This document shows, piece by piece, positions 13,555-27,156 of a DNA stretch of 64,000 nt (positions are counted from its first letter, which is position 1; the number at the start of each line of letters is the position of its first letter). Under the pieces are notes generated by a model. The model ran no database searches. It was not told the origin of the DNA and saw only the letters and a list, made by a program, of their open reading frames with translations. The DNA is taken from positions 14,818,001 to 14,882,000 of the forward strand of contig CM022673.1 of assembly GCA_012295275.1 (NCBI GenBank), in the 5' to 3' direction. The translations under genes were made by a program, and so were the position numbers. This stretch comes from Chrysomallon squamiferum (lineage: Eukaryota > Animalia > Mollusca).

Positions 13555-16500
13555 ATGACCACTGTTAATATATTTTCAACATTTCCATAAACAATTTAAT
13601 TATTCACATCATTTTGAAATCTTTTCATCAGTGATTTAAAATATTAACAGTATTGTTCATTATCATTCAAACTATATCACTACAGTTGTTCAAATTTCAA
13701 TTGTATAATAAATATAAAAGATGAATACTTTTCCCAGTCTATAGTTTATATCTTAAAATAGATATTTTTTCCCCTCTCTGTACACAGTGTAATTGACAAA
13801 TATAGAAAGATCAGAAACCTGCAGGCAAAGTAGACTTCAGGTAGAGGCAAGCCTCGTCCAAATACTTCTGACTGAGTGATTCCAGTGTTAACTTCACCTT
13901 GTAGTAACTCAAACAGAAAGTCATATCTCAGATAAGTTTAAAATAAGTATTTAAAAATATACCAAACAAAGAATACATTTAAAATTATTATTTAGTAAAA
14001 ACAGAAAATGAAGAACAAGTTTTAAATTAGTATTTAGAATTTTAAAGAAAACAAAGAATTGTTTAAAATAATTTAGAAAAATAGAAAATAAAGAACAAGT
14101 GCAAAATAAGAATTTAGAAAATTAAAAAATCCCCAAAGAACAACTACAAAATAAACAATAAGTTTGAAAGAAAAATGCCTAACAAAGACAAAACTGAAAA
14201 AGAAAAAAAAAAGATTACTGAAGTTTATTAAGGAGCATGATGAACATTTGAACCTACCAGTGATAATTAAAAATTGTCTAATTGATATTTAACAAAATTT
14301 GATCAGAAACACACTCACCTATTGTTGATGTCTGGATATGAACCCAGTATAACATGTTCTTTGAATCTGCTGTCAACATCATTGAGAACAGACGTAATGG
14401 TGACCTCATCAATGTTCACATAAATGTCTTCTGAATGAAACTCAACACCAGGATTACAAAAATTATCCTGCAAAAAAAAAAAATTAAAAAATAAAAACAA
14501 ATATGATTTTGCTTAGATATACATACAGTTATTCATAATTATATATATTTTTCATAATTAGAAAACCTACAACATTTAACAATAACAGACCTCATGAAAA
14601 ACTGATGAAGGTGTTACATTGGCCATATTAAAAACACTTGTGTGAATATTTTAGTGTACAAGGATAAAATCAATTGGTTGCAGTGACACGTGGTGTAAAT
14701 GTTTGTGGATATAAATTGAGGGGTGTGGTAGATGTCAGACAGTGAAATGTAAAGATGAATATTTTAAACTCAATAAACAGAGTTACATTCTGTAATTATT
14801 AAACAAAAACACATACATCACTGTGGAAACAACGCTTTACAAGAATTATTATTAAAACAATTTATTTTATCATTGGTTATTTTTCGTAAATAAATTTTGA
14901 ACTTATATATTTACAAAGACTGAGTAACTCTGCAAATGGATTAACATAAGTGTGTAGACCACATAATTTAATCACGTGACCTAATTCTGCAAAGAAAATA
15001 TTTTGATTTTGAAGTCACAGTTTTGTATAAATAATAGCAATTTTAAAAAGCCAACTTCTTCTGTTTTTGAAGAATCTTTCTACAAGCTGGTAAGAACAGA
15101 AAAACTGTAAACATTTATATATTTCTTATACAAAAACCTTGAGTAAGACAAAAGCATTTTCAAGGAGAGAGGGGATTCCAGGAAACATGAACACATTGTG
15201 TAGAGAGACAAGTGGATATCTTGTTCTCTCTCCTGTCTTTTTGTCTTCACCATACTGCAGTCTCGCATCCTCTGGAATCTAAACACAACTCACATATTTA
15301 ATAAATGATACCAAATAAAATAAATAATAAAAAAATAAATTAAACTGTAATCATAATATCATGAGCAGAACTGAAAAATATCTTAATAAACAGAATTTTT
15401 TTTTTTTAGTTTCCACTAGGATGAACTAAGAAATATATCTTGTAGTGTAACAATCTTAATTCTTACTGTTATCTGATCATTTCTTGTTAAGTTTTTATTA
15501 CTAATATATCATCAGCAATTTAAATTATTGAATAAAGCATTAACTGAAATAAAGTTAAAACTAATTTATAAAAAGAAAACTAAACTATGTGTTACATATG
15601 CCATCTTCATTTTGGGTGATGTGAGGTCATCTGTTTTGAAATATTTCTTTATCAGCTGCACGAGTTCAGGATGTGGAACAACTTCCTTGTTAAACGCTTT
15701 CGCCACACCTGAAACACAGCAACATATCTTATTAACATGGAAACTTCCAGTTATGACAAATTTTTTAAACAAGTGAAAAATTAATATTCCTTGGTAAAAC
15801 AAGTGACAGATAGACAAACACCCATCATTTCATGTAACCAACAGACTTTAACTTTATTTTTTATTTTTAGTTTTGTTTTCTGAAAATAAATAGTAAAAAA
15901 ACTAATCAAAATTATCTAAAACTGAATAACATAGATTAAATATTTTTTCCATGTTTTAATAATAACGATGATTAATAAATGATTAATGATTAGAATGATG
16001 ATGCTGCATCACCTTCAAATGTCAGGTCATCGTGAGTAGGGCCAATTCCACCTGATGTAATCACATGAGTGTAACGTCTGGAAAACTCGGATACTTCCTT
16101 TGCTATAGTATCCAGATCATCAGGGATCACAGATATCTAAAAATATGTCTTATATATTGGTATCTATATTAATTATTATTATTATAGTTGGTGGTGGTGG
16201 TGGTGGTGTTGCTGCTGCTGTTGTGATTATTATTATTATCATCATCATTATCAGATTTTTACCTTCATTTTTTTTTTTTTTTTAATTTAACACAATTCTA
16301 AAGTACATGTAAATGTGTGTTCGTCTGTTTTACATGAATTAATTAAACTGTTAATAATTTTAGGGCTTTGATATGATAATTATTATTAACATTTGTGGTT
16401 TAAAAATGTACATGATGACAACAGAAAGGCGTGTAAGTAGCAGGTTTGTGTCAAAGCTCCATTTATAACTAATTCTGCCTCATTCTAGCCATATTACAAC

Positions 16501-17812
16501 TGATGTATCAAAGGCTGTGGTATGACATTTACTGTCTGTTGGAAGTTATGCAGATTAAAAGTATTCAGTTTCAGAAGCAATAGGAGAGGCTAACAATAAA
16601 TTATACTGAAATTGAAATGTTTATGATTTAGGCACAGACATGAAACACCGCACAGCAGCAGCTGTTAATAAATATTACTAAATATTGCAGTAACAAATAA
16701 TACCTTTTTAACACGAACACCCATAGAATAAAGATGTCTGCAAATGAAGTGAGAGTTTGTGTCTGCTGTTTGGCCTTTTAGAATTTCATCACCTATCACT
16801 AAAATATAATAAAGAAATGTAAAAATCAAACTGACAGAGAACAAAATTTAAAAATAAGGTAAAATGGCTGTAAAAGTTAAATACATAGAGAGTTCTGATT
16901 AACTGATTAAAAGAGTTCAGACCCTCACATCAACAACTCTGGTTCAGCCCATCTGAATGAACTAATCTGAGCCAGTACTATCAGTTGTAATTACCACAGT
17001 TTAGTTATACAGTTGAAATGCTGGTTTACAACTCTGAAACACAGTATACTTGGTGTGGAAAGTGCAAAGTGTTCTTGGTTCAACTCCTGTTAAAGGAAGC
17101 TGAATAGATATAACTTCGTGAGATAACAAAATACAGTTGTTTTCAGTGAAGGGTCTTGAGAGATATTTAACACAATACATGACAAACCCCACACACAATG
17201 TGAAGCTGACCAGTCCAAATGGACAATCTTTCAGAGAGATCTTGTAGTTCGTGTTTGTGTATTTTTTAATTGTTTGTTTTGGGGGTTTTCTTTCTTTTTC
17301 TTTTTTTTTTTTCTTTTTTTAAGTATATAACAGAATGCCATAGTTTATAAACTCAAAATTATTTCACATTTCATTTCGTTTTAGAGAATGACTTATTTAG
17401 TGAATTCTTCGTTTCGATTCGATGACATGTAACTCCTACGTTGTTAGATGTGGATTATTATTATTATTAATATTATTGTTGTTGTTTGTTTTTTGTTTGT
17501 GGGATTTTTTTTTTTTTTTTTCCGTTTTGTTTTTTAATACTAATAACTGAAAAAAAAATTAAAACAAATAATTCTGCTTCAGTAACTTTGTACTATATTT
17601 TTGGTCCACTACACATAAATGAACTGGCCGAATTCACACAAATAACTGAGTTCTTAGTTCACCTAAGATCGCAAGCTTATATTACTTATTAGAAATATTA
17701 GTGTCACCTCACCGATAATACCGACAGTACTGTGGCTATTTGTCTGAGCCATTCGTCTAGCGATATGCTGTTTTATTAATCCAAGTCTATATATGTATCG
17801 AACTGAATGCAT
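10493..17812 (-). CDS. FLAD1: Bifunctional FAD synthase (MPT-binding/CinA-like domain plus PAPS-reductase-type FADS domain). 13 exons: 17812(or 17752)-17713, 16798-16704, 16136-16013, 15708-15596, 15278-15138, 14467-14319, 13907-13819, 13339-13195, 12717-12637, 11963-11865, 11560-11439, 10995-10854, 10631-10493.
   Basis: Motifs [87 protein letters not shown] and ERDGR. All exon phases fit. Confidence 0.96.
16480..16690 (+). mobile_element. Second degenerate copy of the mollusc-type SINE core
   Basis: caactgatgtatcaaaggctgtggtatgacatttactgtctgttggaagttatgcag aligns by eye with 1427-1485. Confidence 0.55.
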
Positions 17813-18465
17813 ATGTTTTCGTAGCAGATGATACGTCTTTAAACATCCTTTCAAAACACGACCTCTGACCCTTAAACTCAGTTTACTCGAACAGAAATGA
17901 CGCGAACCAGTTTACTTTGATGTTGCTGCGCTTTACTAATATAAATTGCATTTATTTATTATTATATTTAATTTTATTATATCTATCTGCTTATACGTAC
18001 ATACAGATATGTATGAATGTTACTGCAACTTTGATGTTATGTATAAGCTAATATATCCAAAACCAGTTGTATTGTTTCTGATGTTTGTAGTAGTGTTTTT
18101 AATTTTGCTGTCACTGATAACGATATTTTTAATGTTTGTATTATCAGGAAATTAAGTTGGTATAATTAACTTTTGAATCTCGTCAAGACTTTCACATGCA
18201 TACAAGCACACCAGAAACAAAACGCACTGAAGACGGCGACACCAACTTATGTTGAAGAACCTGATTATAACTGCTTGTAAATAATTTGAAACTGTTACTA
18301 TATCATTTTGCATTTATTTATTTATTACATAAAATGTGAAATGCATTATCGAAGAAGCCAGACTGATTTTTGAAGTTGCAAGAGATATTGTTTTTGTGGG
18401 GTGTTTTTTGGCGCTCTACCGTTCAAGAAGGAATTTACTGAAAATTTAAAATAGGAAGACAGAAA
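17813..18465. promoter_or_regulatory. Divergent promoter region between FLAD1 and VCPIP1
   Basis: CpG-richer stretch between divergent genes, with a YY1-like AAAATGGCG at about 18463-18471. Confidence 0.6.
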
Positions 18466-19161
18466 ATGGCGTCTCTTTTGGTGTTGACAAACATTGAAGA
18501 ATATCATCACTTGTAATTTATATTCGTTTAAATTTTATCCCTACTTTATCTGACAGCTTTTTACTGCACTTAGCAATGCAATTTTATGATAATACATAAT
18601 GTAATTTGTGTGTATTTAGGAGAGTTAGCGAATTTTTGGTGCGTTCGATGAATATTTATATTTTTGTAGTTAACGTTGTTTCCTGAAATGGAAACTGGGT
18701 TTTCAAGCTAATATATATATATTTGTTTTATCTGAAGGGTGGTCACGTGAGCAGAAAAACATTACGTAAGATTTATCTAAATCAGATCAGTCTATTATTT
18801 CTAATATTTATTTGTTTCACATATAACTGGTAGATGGGTTTGCAAGTGACGTAATTATTAAATTAATATTTTTATTATTTATAACGTGCTGAGGTTACGA
18901 GATGGTATTAGGGATGTTATTATTTATTTATGTACGTACCATTTAGAACAATCAGTATTCTAATTTTTTTTATTTCACTCAAGCATTGAAATTATTTTTA
19001 AATTATATATTTTTTAAAATGTGTTTTTAAATCATTTTCATAAATAGTATCACTTTAGTTTAATACAGAATCTAAATAATAATTTCAAGTGTTTTAAACT
19101 TTAAAAAATTATATGCAAAAAAGCATGAAAATAAATGTGTTATGGTAACAGTAAATTATTT

Positions 19162-19205
<44 letters not shown>

Positions 19206-19382
19206 ATTTTTCATGTTAGAAATGATTCCCAAAACTTTTTGTTTGAATTTCATTTATCATATAATGTGAATTGTAATACTTTTTGTCACTTGTATTTGAG
19301 TTGCCCTAGAATAAATCAACAAAATCCACTTTGTATTCAGGATTTTATATGTACAAATAATTACATACACACATGTAGATAT

Positions 19383-19420
<38 letters not shown>

Positions 19421-19530
19421 ATACATACATGTTTGTTTTAGATACAAATTTTTAAAGATTAGCCGTTAAATGTTTTTTTTTTTTTTTCCTGTACTAGAAT
19501 GGAGATGTGCATGAAGTGAAGACATCAACT

Positions 19531-22500
19531 ATGACATCAAAGATGAAGTCGACAGATCAGTACAAGGTGCTCAGTGGAATCTGTCCTGATGAGAAGTGTC
19601 GAGCTAAACTTCACTTTCCAGCATCTGATAAAAGTGTTGAGTGTACAAGTTGTGGACAACGGCATGAAAAGTCATCACTGCAGAACATCGCTGAGGTTAC
19701 AGACACCAACATTGCTCTTCACAATCTGCTTCGCAATGTTCTTCTTGGCAATGTCAAGCCACAAAAAGGGCCTGAAAATATCAAAGTTCTTGGCCTGTCC
19801 AACTATGTCTGCAAACTGCTGTCCCCCATACTGACACGGTACGGCATGGACAGGCAGACAGGGAAAGCCATGCTACTCACAGAAATGGGTCAGCCAGAAA
19901 TTTTTGACTGTGGTGTTTTAGGTGACCGGTCATTTCTTATTGACCCAGAGCATCTTTCAGTGGTGGGGTATGGACAGGATAAATCTGGGAGCTTCCAGTA
20001 TCTGGCAGACACACTGAAAATTATAAAAGAGACAAATGGTGACTGTGACGTTCTGGTTCCTATCCATGCTGACGGTGATGGTCACTGTCTTGTCCATGCT
20101 GTGTCGCGAGCTCTCGTTGGACGTGAGTTGTTCTGGCATGCTCTTCGCGTGAACCTGCTCAACCACTTCAGAGAGCAGATGACTCAGTACAAACAGCTGT
20201 TTAAAGACTTCATAGACCAGGACGAGTGGGTCACCATCATGAACGAGTGTGATCCAGATTTCATCCCACCTGACAATGAACCACTTGGTCTGCGTAACAT
20301 CCACGTGTTTGGCCTTGCTAATGTCCTCAGACGACCAATCATCCTGCTTGACTCACTCAAGTGGCATGCAGAGTCTGGGAGACTATTCAGGTTTGTTTTA
20401 AAATTTTGAACAAACATCTGATTTTTTAAATTAAAAAAAAAGCTATTACGTTTTATACTAATTATTTCTCACACTTGTCCGTAACTTATCAAACATTTTT
20501 TTTTATTGAATAATGCCTGAAATTATAAGTAACAGTGTTTTAAAATACATCTTTGTTAAGTTCATTTTAATTTATTTTATTTATTTGAATATTTTTCCAC
20601 TGTTTTGTTGGTGTGGTTTTTAAAAAAAATGTAAAAAATATTTAATTTGGATTTTAATTCCAGCTTTCTGCATGTGAAAACATTTACTCTATTTTCACAG
20701 GTGTGTTCCTGCCTGGCTTGGTTCCTCCAGAGAAATGTACAAAGGGAGGAGTTTTGAATAAACCTCTGTGTATTGCCTGGAGTAGCTGTGGAAGAAACCA
20801 TTTTATACCTCTTGTAGGCGTGAAAGGTTTGTGCTGTCTGCAGTGTAGTGCTATTCCAGACTAATCAATGCTGTAATTACATTATTATTCCCTGACCAGT
20901 ACAAGTGTTACATAAAAAAGATACTTTGCTACTGATTTGTAAGAGTCACCAGTGGAAGTGGGTTACTTTAGGCACAAAATAACTGTGACTGTAAAAACAT
21001 GCTGTCATGTGTTTAAACAGATTAACCTTAATAGTTAATCCCTGCCTTTCTGATTTCCGAAATGTAATTTGAAAAATGAATTTTATGAGCAGAATCTTTT
21101 GTAGTTTTACAAAGAAATGATGACTATCATAGGTCTCATTGGTTGTTTTCTGTATTTTTAATTGTTTTCTTTCAGGCCGCCAGGTGCCAAAGCTACCACG
21201 GTATCTGTTACAGAAAACCTGGGGAGTGCCCAGCACTCTCATAGATCAGTATATTGACTTTCAGGATGGAATGTGTGTTGTTGGGGGTGACAAATCTCTA
21301 CAGGTAAGAATCTAATAACATTGTGTTTGTAATAGGTAACTTAAAAGTGGTCTGGTGAAATTTTGTACATTGAAAAAGTGACAGTGAGTGAAAATGTGGA
21401 AATTTTATAATAGAGAATATGTAAAGTTTATTAATAATGTAAAACATATATTTTATAAGTTTTCAAAGATTTAAAACTTTTTTTTTTTTTTTTTGAAATG
21501 TGAAAATTACAGTGTTGCAAAAAATAAAATTTTGATGTTAATTTAAAATAAGATAACTTCATTTTTTTAAAAGTGAAAATTTCAGTATTGAAAAATGAAT
21601 AAAACATTTTAATTGATGTAAAATGTTGAAATTTCAGGACCGGTATTTACAGCGTCTTGTTGCTGCAATGGAAGATGTGTTTTTTGAGACGTACAAAGTA
21701 CATCCCAGTCTTGTGGCCGACGTGCACCAGTTTGTTTACAAAACTTCAGGTCAGAAGTTCAATTAAAAAAATTATTAATATTTTCATTAACCTGAGAGTC
21801 AACTTAGAAAAACTATAATAATTTAATGTTTTTTTATTGAAAATAATTTTATGTTCATCTGGGAAATGCAAACTTTGAAATTTCACTTTGTTTTATTAAA
21901 AATGGAATACAAAAGTGGCTTCTTGTTAATAAAGTTTTTGTATGTCTCGTTTATTTATTTTTTTATTTTTATTTTTTTAGGTTTTGTTGGAGCGAAAATG
22001 AAGGTGGTGATTGAGGCTACGCAGACTGCAGTACAAGAACATCGGCTGTACAGATGTCTTCTGTGTGATGCAATCATCGAATATCAGCTTCCTGCTGAGT
22101 GGTTCCAGCACGGAGGTAGTCTGTACAACCTTGCTGTTCAGGTACATGGTGAACTCAAAGTTGACAAGAAGTACTCATTTCCTTTGCAAGGTGAGCCCAG
22201 TTGAATAGAACTGTTTAAATACTGTCTTCGAATTTCACTTTGAAAAAATAAGACTTTTGTACCAGACTAATATATTTATCTCTGTAATCTTTATCTATAA
22301 AATATTTTATTTATTTGTGTTTGTTGAATGTTTTTGTTGCAGGAGCTGTGTGCACGTACAACAAGGCACGAGATGAACTGGTTCTGGATAGAACTCAGAG
22401 CAGACTTGTCAAGTGTACTTTCTGTCATGGGTTTGTTATCATTATCACTGTCAGTTTAAACCGTAATTTCATTTAAATATATGAACTAAAACAGAATACC

Positions 22501-25500
22501 AAACAAATATATTAATAATTAACCTAACAACAACAGAAAGACAGAAAAGTGGTATAATAATATATACAAGAAATAATGTGTTAAACTTTGGTTAAACTTC
22601 ATAAATATATTTAGCATATTTAATACTAAAAAAGATAATTCAATTCAAATCAATTCATTTTATGTAAAATGTGTGTATGTGTGTTGTATGTATAGATATA
22701 GATATGTGTGTGTATGTGAATTTCTTTTGTATTTGATAAGACAGACAGAACATATTTTTGGAACTAATGATTGTGTAATTATAATAAGCTTCAGTTTCCT
22801 TTCTTCCATTTTTTTCAGACAGTAGTTTTAAATAGTAAATTTAAAATCATTATTTCATCACTCGTAGTGCAGAGTATAAAATATTTACTTTAATTTATTA
22901 TAAAACTTTCAGAGATCGTGTGAGGCTGGTGAAAGGGGATGGAAATGTGTTGTATCAGAACGGAGACCGCACCCGAACTCCATCAAACACCACACGATGT
23001 ACATGCGGCTCCAAACATTACTGGGACGGAAAGGAATATGATAATTTACCTGAAAAGTATGTTGTTTATTCGTACTTACCACGTCAAACAATTATTTAAA
23101 TGATTTTTTTCATTATTTCATTAACATTTCTTTGGTGTTCGATTTGAGTAAGCAAAGGAAGCAGTTTATTAAAGTGTTTTCACACTCTTTTCTATGACAC
23201 ACTGAAAAGTCATTAAAAATAAATCTTGTCAGAGTAGTTTGCAGTTTGATTTTGCCAGGGATGTAAAGGTTTGGTGTTTTCAGACTGCCAGTTACGTTGG
23301 AGTGGAATGACAGGACAATCAAGGAGGAGGTGGCATGGTTCCAGTATGAGTCTGACCCAGCACTGAACAGCAATGTCTACGAAGTTGCCCAGAATCTCGT
23401 TCAGAAACACTTCCCAGGTAGAACTTTCTGTAAAACTTAAAATTATCATTTTTTAATATTTTATTCTTCTTTTTTTTTAAATTTTATTTATTTCCTTTTT
23501 CTTTGTTTTTAAGTTTGGTTGATATTGTTCAGACATTTTATTTCCCAGTTTAATCTGATTTGACCAATAGATAAATTTAGACAAAAGAGTTTGTTTGTTT
23601 TGTAGGTGAGTTTGGCAGTGAGAGATTGGTACAGAAAGTTGTAAATAAAATTCTACGTCAGACAGCAGCCCCAGAGCAAGACAATGCTGCATGTGAGACA
23701 TCAGCCTCAAAAACGTCAACATGGTCCCCAGAATCCTCATCAAAAATCATCATTACAGGACAACAGGTATCTCACTTTATCTGTCATAATAGCGAATATA
23801 ATTTTTTAATATAATAAGGGATGTTGTAAGCAGTATAATAACTTAGAAATCTGATTTGTCAGTGATGAGAATATAAGGAAGTTCAATTATTTTGACAAAT
23901 ACCTAAATGGTTTTTTCTGTGTCAACAAATAAATTAACATTTTTTTTGTTTTGATTTTTTTTTAATCCTCATTCAAGGAGTGAAAGTAGATTAATGATTA
24001 ATAGTAAACATTTAAAATACAGAGTTTAAATTGTTCTGTTTTTAGCACAAAAGCATTCACAAGGAGGAGTTGAACATGAGCGAGACAGAACGAATGGTGA
24101 GACAGAAAATTGAAGCGAACGCCCCCCTTCGTCAGAAGAAGAAATCTGGAGATGCCTCCCGACCAGAGACCGCCTCTGGTTCCACCCGCCCCCTGACTGA
24201 GGTACCTCACAGAGTTGTTACCCTTGTTTTTTTCCTTTCTTTAGATTTAGTCTTTCATTTTAGAAAACCAGCATTTTTGTTAGACACTTTCTTGTAATAA
24301 ATGATTGAAGGTTAATTATCAGATTAGAAAAGTAAATATATATGTGAGATGCAGAAAAAAATAACTGCAAGTGACTAAAAAAAAATTGAATGTGGGGGAG
24401 AAGAACTGACTACATTTTTGATGATATTTTGTTTCATTTCTCTTCTAACTGAATTCTGTTCTGTGTTCTAAGATGTCAAGAATCAGTGTAGAAAAAAGAC
24501 CTGCTACAAGTACATCGCAGCAACGCCCAGAGGCTGCTGCTGCCAGTGCCAGTGCTACAACACAGCCCTCCAGCTCTACTGAGTCCACAACAGCAGCAAC
24601 ATCAGAAGAAAAGAAAATACGAGTAGCAACATCAGAGGGTAAACAGGTAAAATGTGTGTTTTTAATATCAGAAACTTTGCACATTTTATAATCAGTGAGA
24701 CATTTTACACTGCTAGAAAGATAAACAGTTACTGTCTTACACATAAACACAAAAGGGGGTTCTAAGTAAGATATGTAATCTGTTTTTCAAACATTTTATT
24801 AAAGATGGTTTGATGTTGGTTCCCAGATACCTACTAGACACAGTGTAAGTGTTTATAATGTTGTTTGGTTTCAGGTGATGTTGACTCTGAAAGACGATGT
24901 GACGTTTTCTGAGTTGCAGGATCTCATACAGGGACTGGTCAACATTGCTCCTGACCAGCAGAAACTGAGGATTGGGTTCCCGCCCCAGGAACTGAAAGCA
25001 AGTGACTTTGAGAACAACAAGAAAGTTGATCTCAAACACGGAGACAAGATCACAGTTGAAATACTAACAAAGACAAGCACACAACCTGACGTCAGTCAGC
25101 CATCCATGTCTGGAGGTCAGTTGAGATGTCTGTCAGGTGTGTTCGGAGTGTCTGAGTGTCTGAAGTTTACAAATCACAATATTTTGATGTTAGCATGTTA
25201 GCATGTAAGTGAGCTGATACAAATTAGTGCAGTTGAACAAAATGTTTAACAAGATGTTTACTTGTTGTGTTTAGATGGGAAGACTGAGAAACTCAACTGG
25301 AGTATGTTTGACGACAACATCGCAGCACCTTCCGACAACTTACTGCAGAATATGTGTCGAACAGAACATGGTTGGAAATTTTACATTTTTTATTTCTCTC
25401 TCCTGATGTTGACATGTTTCTGATTTAGACAGTACTTGAATAAATGTGAATATGTTTGATAAATTATGTGTTAGTTTATGTTTAGAACATGTGACTTCAT

Positions 25501-27156
25501 AAAATTAGTGATAATTTAGTTTTTGTATAGGTGCTGACAACATTGACATGTCCATCTCGTCACTGACCATGTTAGCGACGTTGTCAGGTCGAGATTTGTG
25601 GACCTATGCGCAGTGCAATCCTCACCTCTTCTCAGTGGGAGGTCTTTTCTATAAACAGGTGGAGCGTGACCTTGGTCTGGCCAGCGGAAAACATTGTACC
25701 ATACCTGCCTTACCTGGAAAGGTGAGTTTTTGAACATAGGTAAAATATTTGCTTTAATCTTTTGTTAACATTCAGCCTGATTAATGTAACACAGTACACA
25801 AATTAATGTAAGATTTTCTATGAATAAATCTAAGATTTTTATACATAAATAAATTACACTCTACAATGTTACTGTCGTTACTGTCGTTCCAGAAAGATTT
25901 TTCTGGTTACTGATGTTATCATGTTTGTGGTGTTTTGTGAAATGTAGCCTGAATTAAAAGCTCACTCACTGCTGCATGTTTACATTCAGTCACTGTGTAT
26001 GTAGATATGTCAATATTCAGACAGTCACTGTACATGTAGAGATGTCAGTATTCAGACACTGTCACTCTGTATGTAGAGATGTCAGATACTATCACGTTCT
26101 GCACATATTAGTATTCAGACACACTGTCACTGTGTATGTACTTTACATTCAGACAGTGTCACTGTTTCAGGTTTTCAGGTACAATGCGACAGATGACAGA
26201 CTAGAACTGTGTCTGGAACCGTATGGACATTTCCCTGTTGAGCCTGACATTGAGAAGAAAATCAAAACCAAAGCTCCTGTTGTCAGCGAGGCAAGTCATG
26301 ATGTCAAGTTTGGCTCTAGTGGTGCAATCTGTCGTGAAGACAGAGGCACAGTGGCCTTCTCTGGACATGGACATTCACTGAAGGCTGCAGACATTCGAAT
26401 GCCTTCTGACTTAGTGGACACTTCACACCATGGTGCAAAGAGGATGCAGAATCTGTGTGACCCCATGACCCACCAGGAATCTATCACTGAAGTGAACGAT
26501 GAGACCGAGGCTGCTGCAGCTGACCCCAGACAAGGTCAAGGAGATGACGGTGACACAGGAGAGGCAACTGAGTATCAGAAACTGGGGCCTGGTTTCAGTA
26601 TAATAAGTCCTGCTGTTAACAGAACCAACATGCAGGTTGATGTTTTCCGTCAGCTCGTTGATGCTATTGAAAAGTCAGTATCAGACTGTGATGACTTCAC
26701 CGACTCTAACCACGACGACAACGATGCTGTCACTGTCAAAGTTCCACTACCAGGAGGTGGATCAGGAAATAGGAAAAAATATTGAGGTTAATTAAATGAA
26801 TTATTATCCATTTTTTTTTTTTAATTTGTTAATTTGGAAATAGGAAAAAATATTGAGGTTAATTAAATGAATTATTATCCATTTTTTTTTTTCAATTTGT
26901 TACTGACCATCCTATTTAATTTATCTTTCAAATTAGCATTTTCAATTCTTTCAATATATTTTAGTCATAAACGTTTAAATATTTTTTCTTACCAGCTGTT
27001 ATCAATTTGTTTATACTATTTTTTTTATTACTGACAAAACAATGATTTTATTTCATTCTTGTTTACATTGAAGTATTTTTATATAACTGAAAATATTAAA
27101 TATTTTTACAGAACCGAGAAGAAACCAAAAAGGATGAACAGATGGACACCAGCTAG
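19531..27156 (+). CDS. VCPIP1: Deubiquitinase VCPIP1/VCIP135 (OTU plus UBX-like domain). Exons 19498(ATG 19531)-20390, 20701-20826, 21176-21303, 21638-21749, 21981-22190, 22343-22430, 22913-23056, 23284-23417, 23606-23766, 24046-24201, 24473-24646, 24875-25115, 25275-25370, 25531-25721, 26171-26786, 27112-27156. Two apparent +1 frameshifts as assembled.
   Basis: CPDEKCRAKLHFP..VECTSCGQRH, the catalytic DGDGHCLVHAVSRALVGRELFWHALR, WSSCGRNHFIPLVG (catalytic His), WDGKEYDNLPE, HFPGEFGSERLVQKVV, the UBX-like QKLRIGFPP, and a C-terminal MDTS. Confidence 0.93.
25975..26165. repeat. Degenerate ~35-bp tandem repeat (cagtcactgt.tatgtaga.atgtca.tattcaga) ending at a VCPIP1 acceptor
   Basis: About five diverged copies are visible. 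They create the spurious 5' extension of ORF 25976..26785. Confidence 0.75.
26765..26902. repeat. ~70-bp tandem duplication of a VCPIP1 exon end plus 5' splice site
   Basis: ggaaataggaaaaaatattgag|gttaattaaatgaattattatccat(T)n occurs at 26765 and 26836. Confidence 0.9.

Noticed and set aside
17040-17100. B-box-like GGTTCAACTCC (17077-17087) as a tRNA gene
   Set aside because: No cloverleaf or clear A box could be built. At most it is a decayed SINE head.
19574-20417. Overlapping and antisense ORFs within the large VCPIP1 exon (and likewise 59111-59993)
   Set aside because: They are the expected by-product of GC-richer coding sequence and have no recognisable product.
25976-26170. N-terminal 65 aa of ORF 25976..26785
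   Set aside because: This is an intronic tandem repeat that happens to be open. The real exon starts at 26171 after tttcag.
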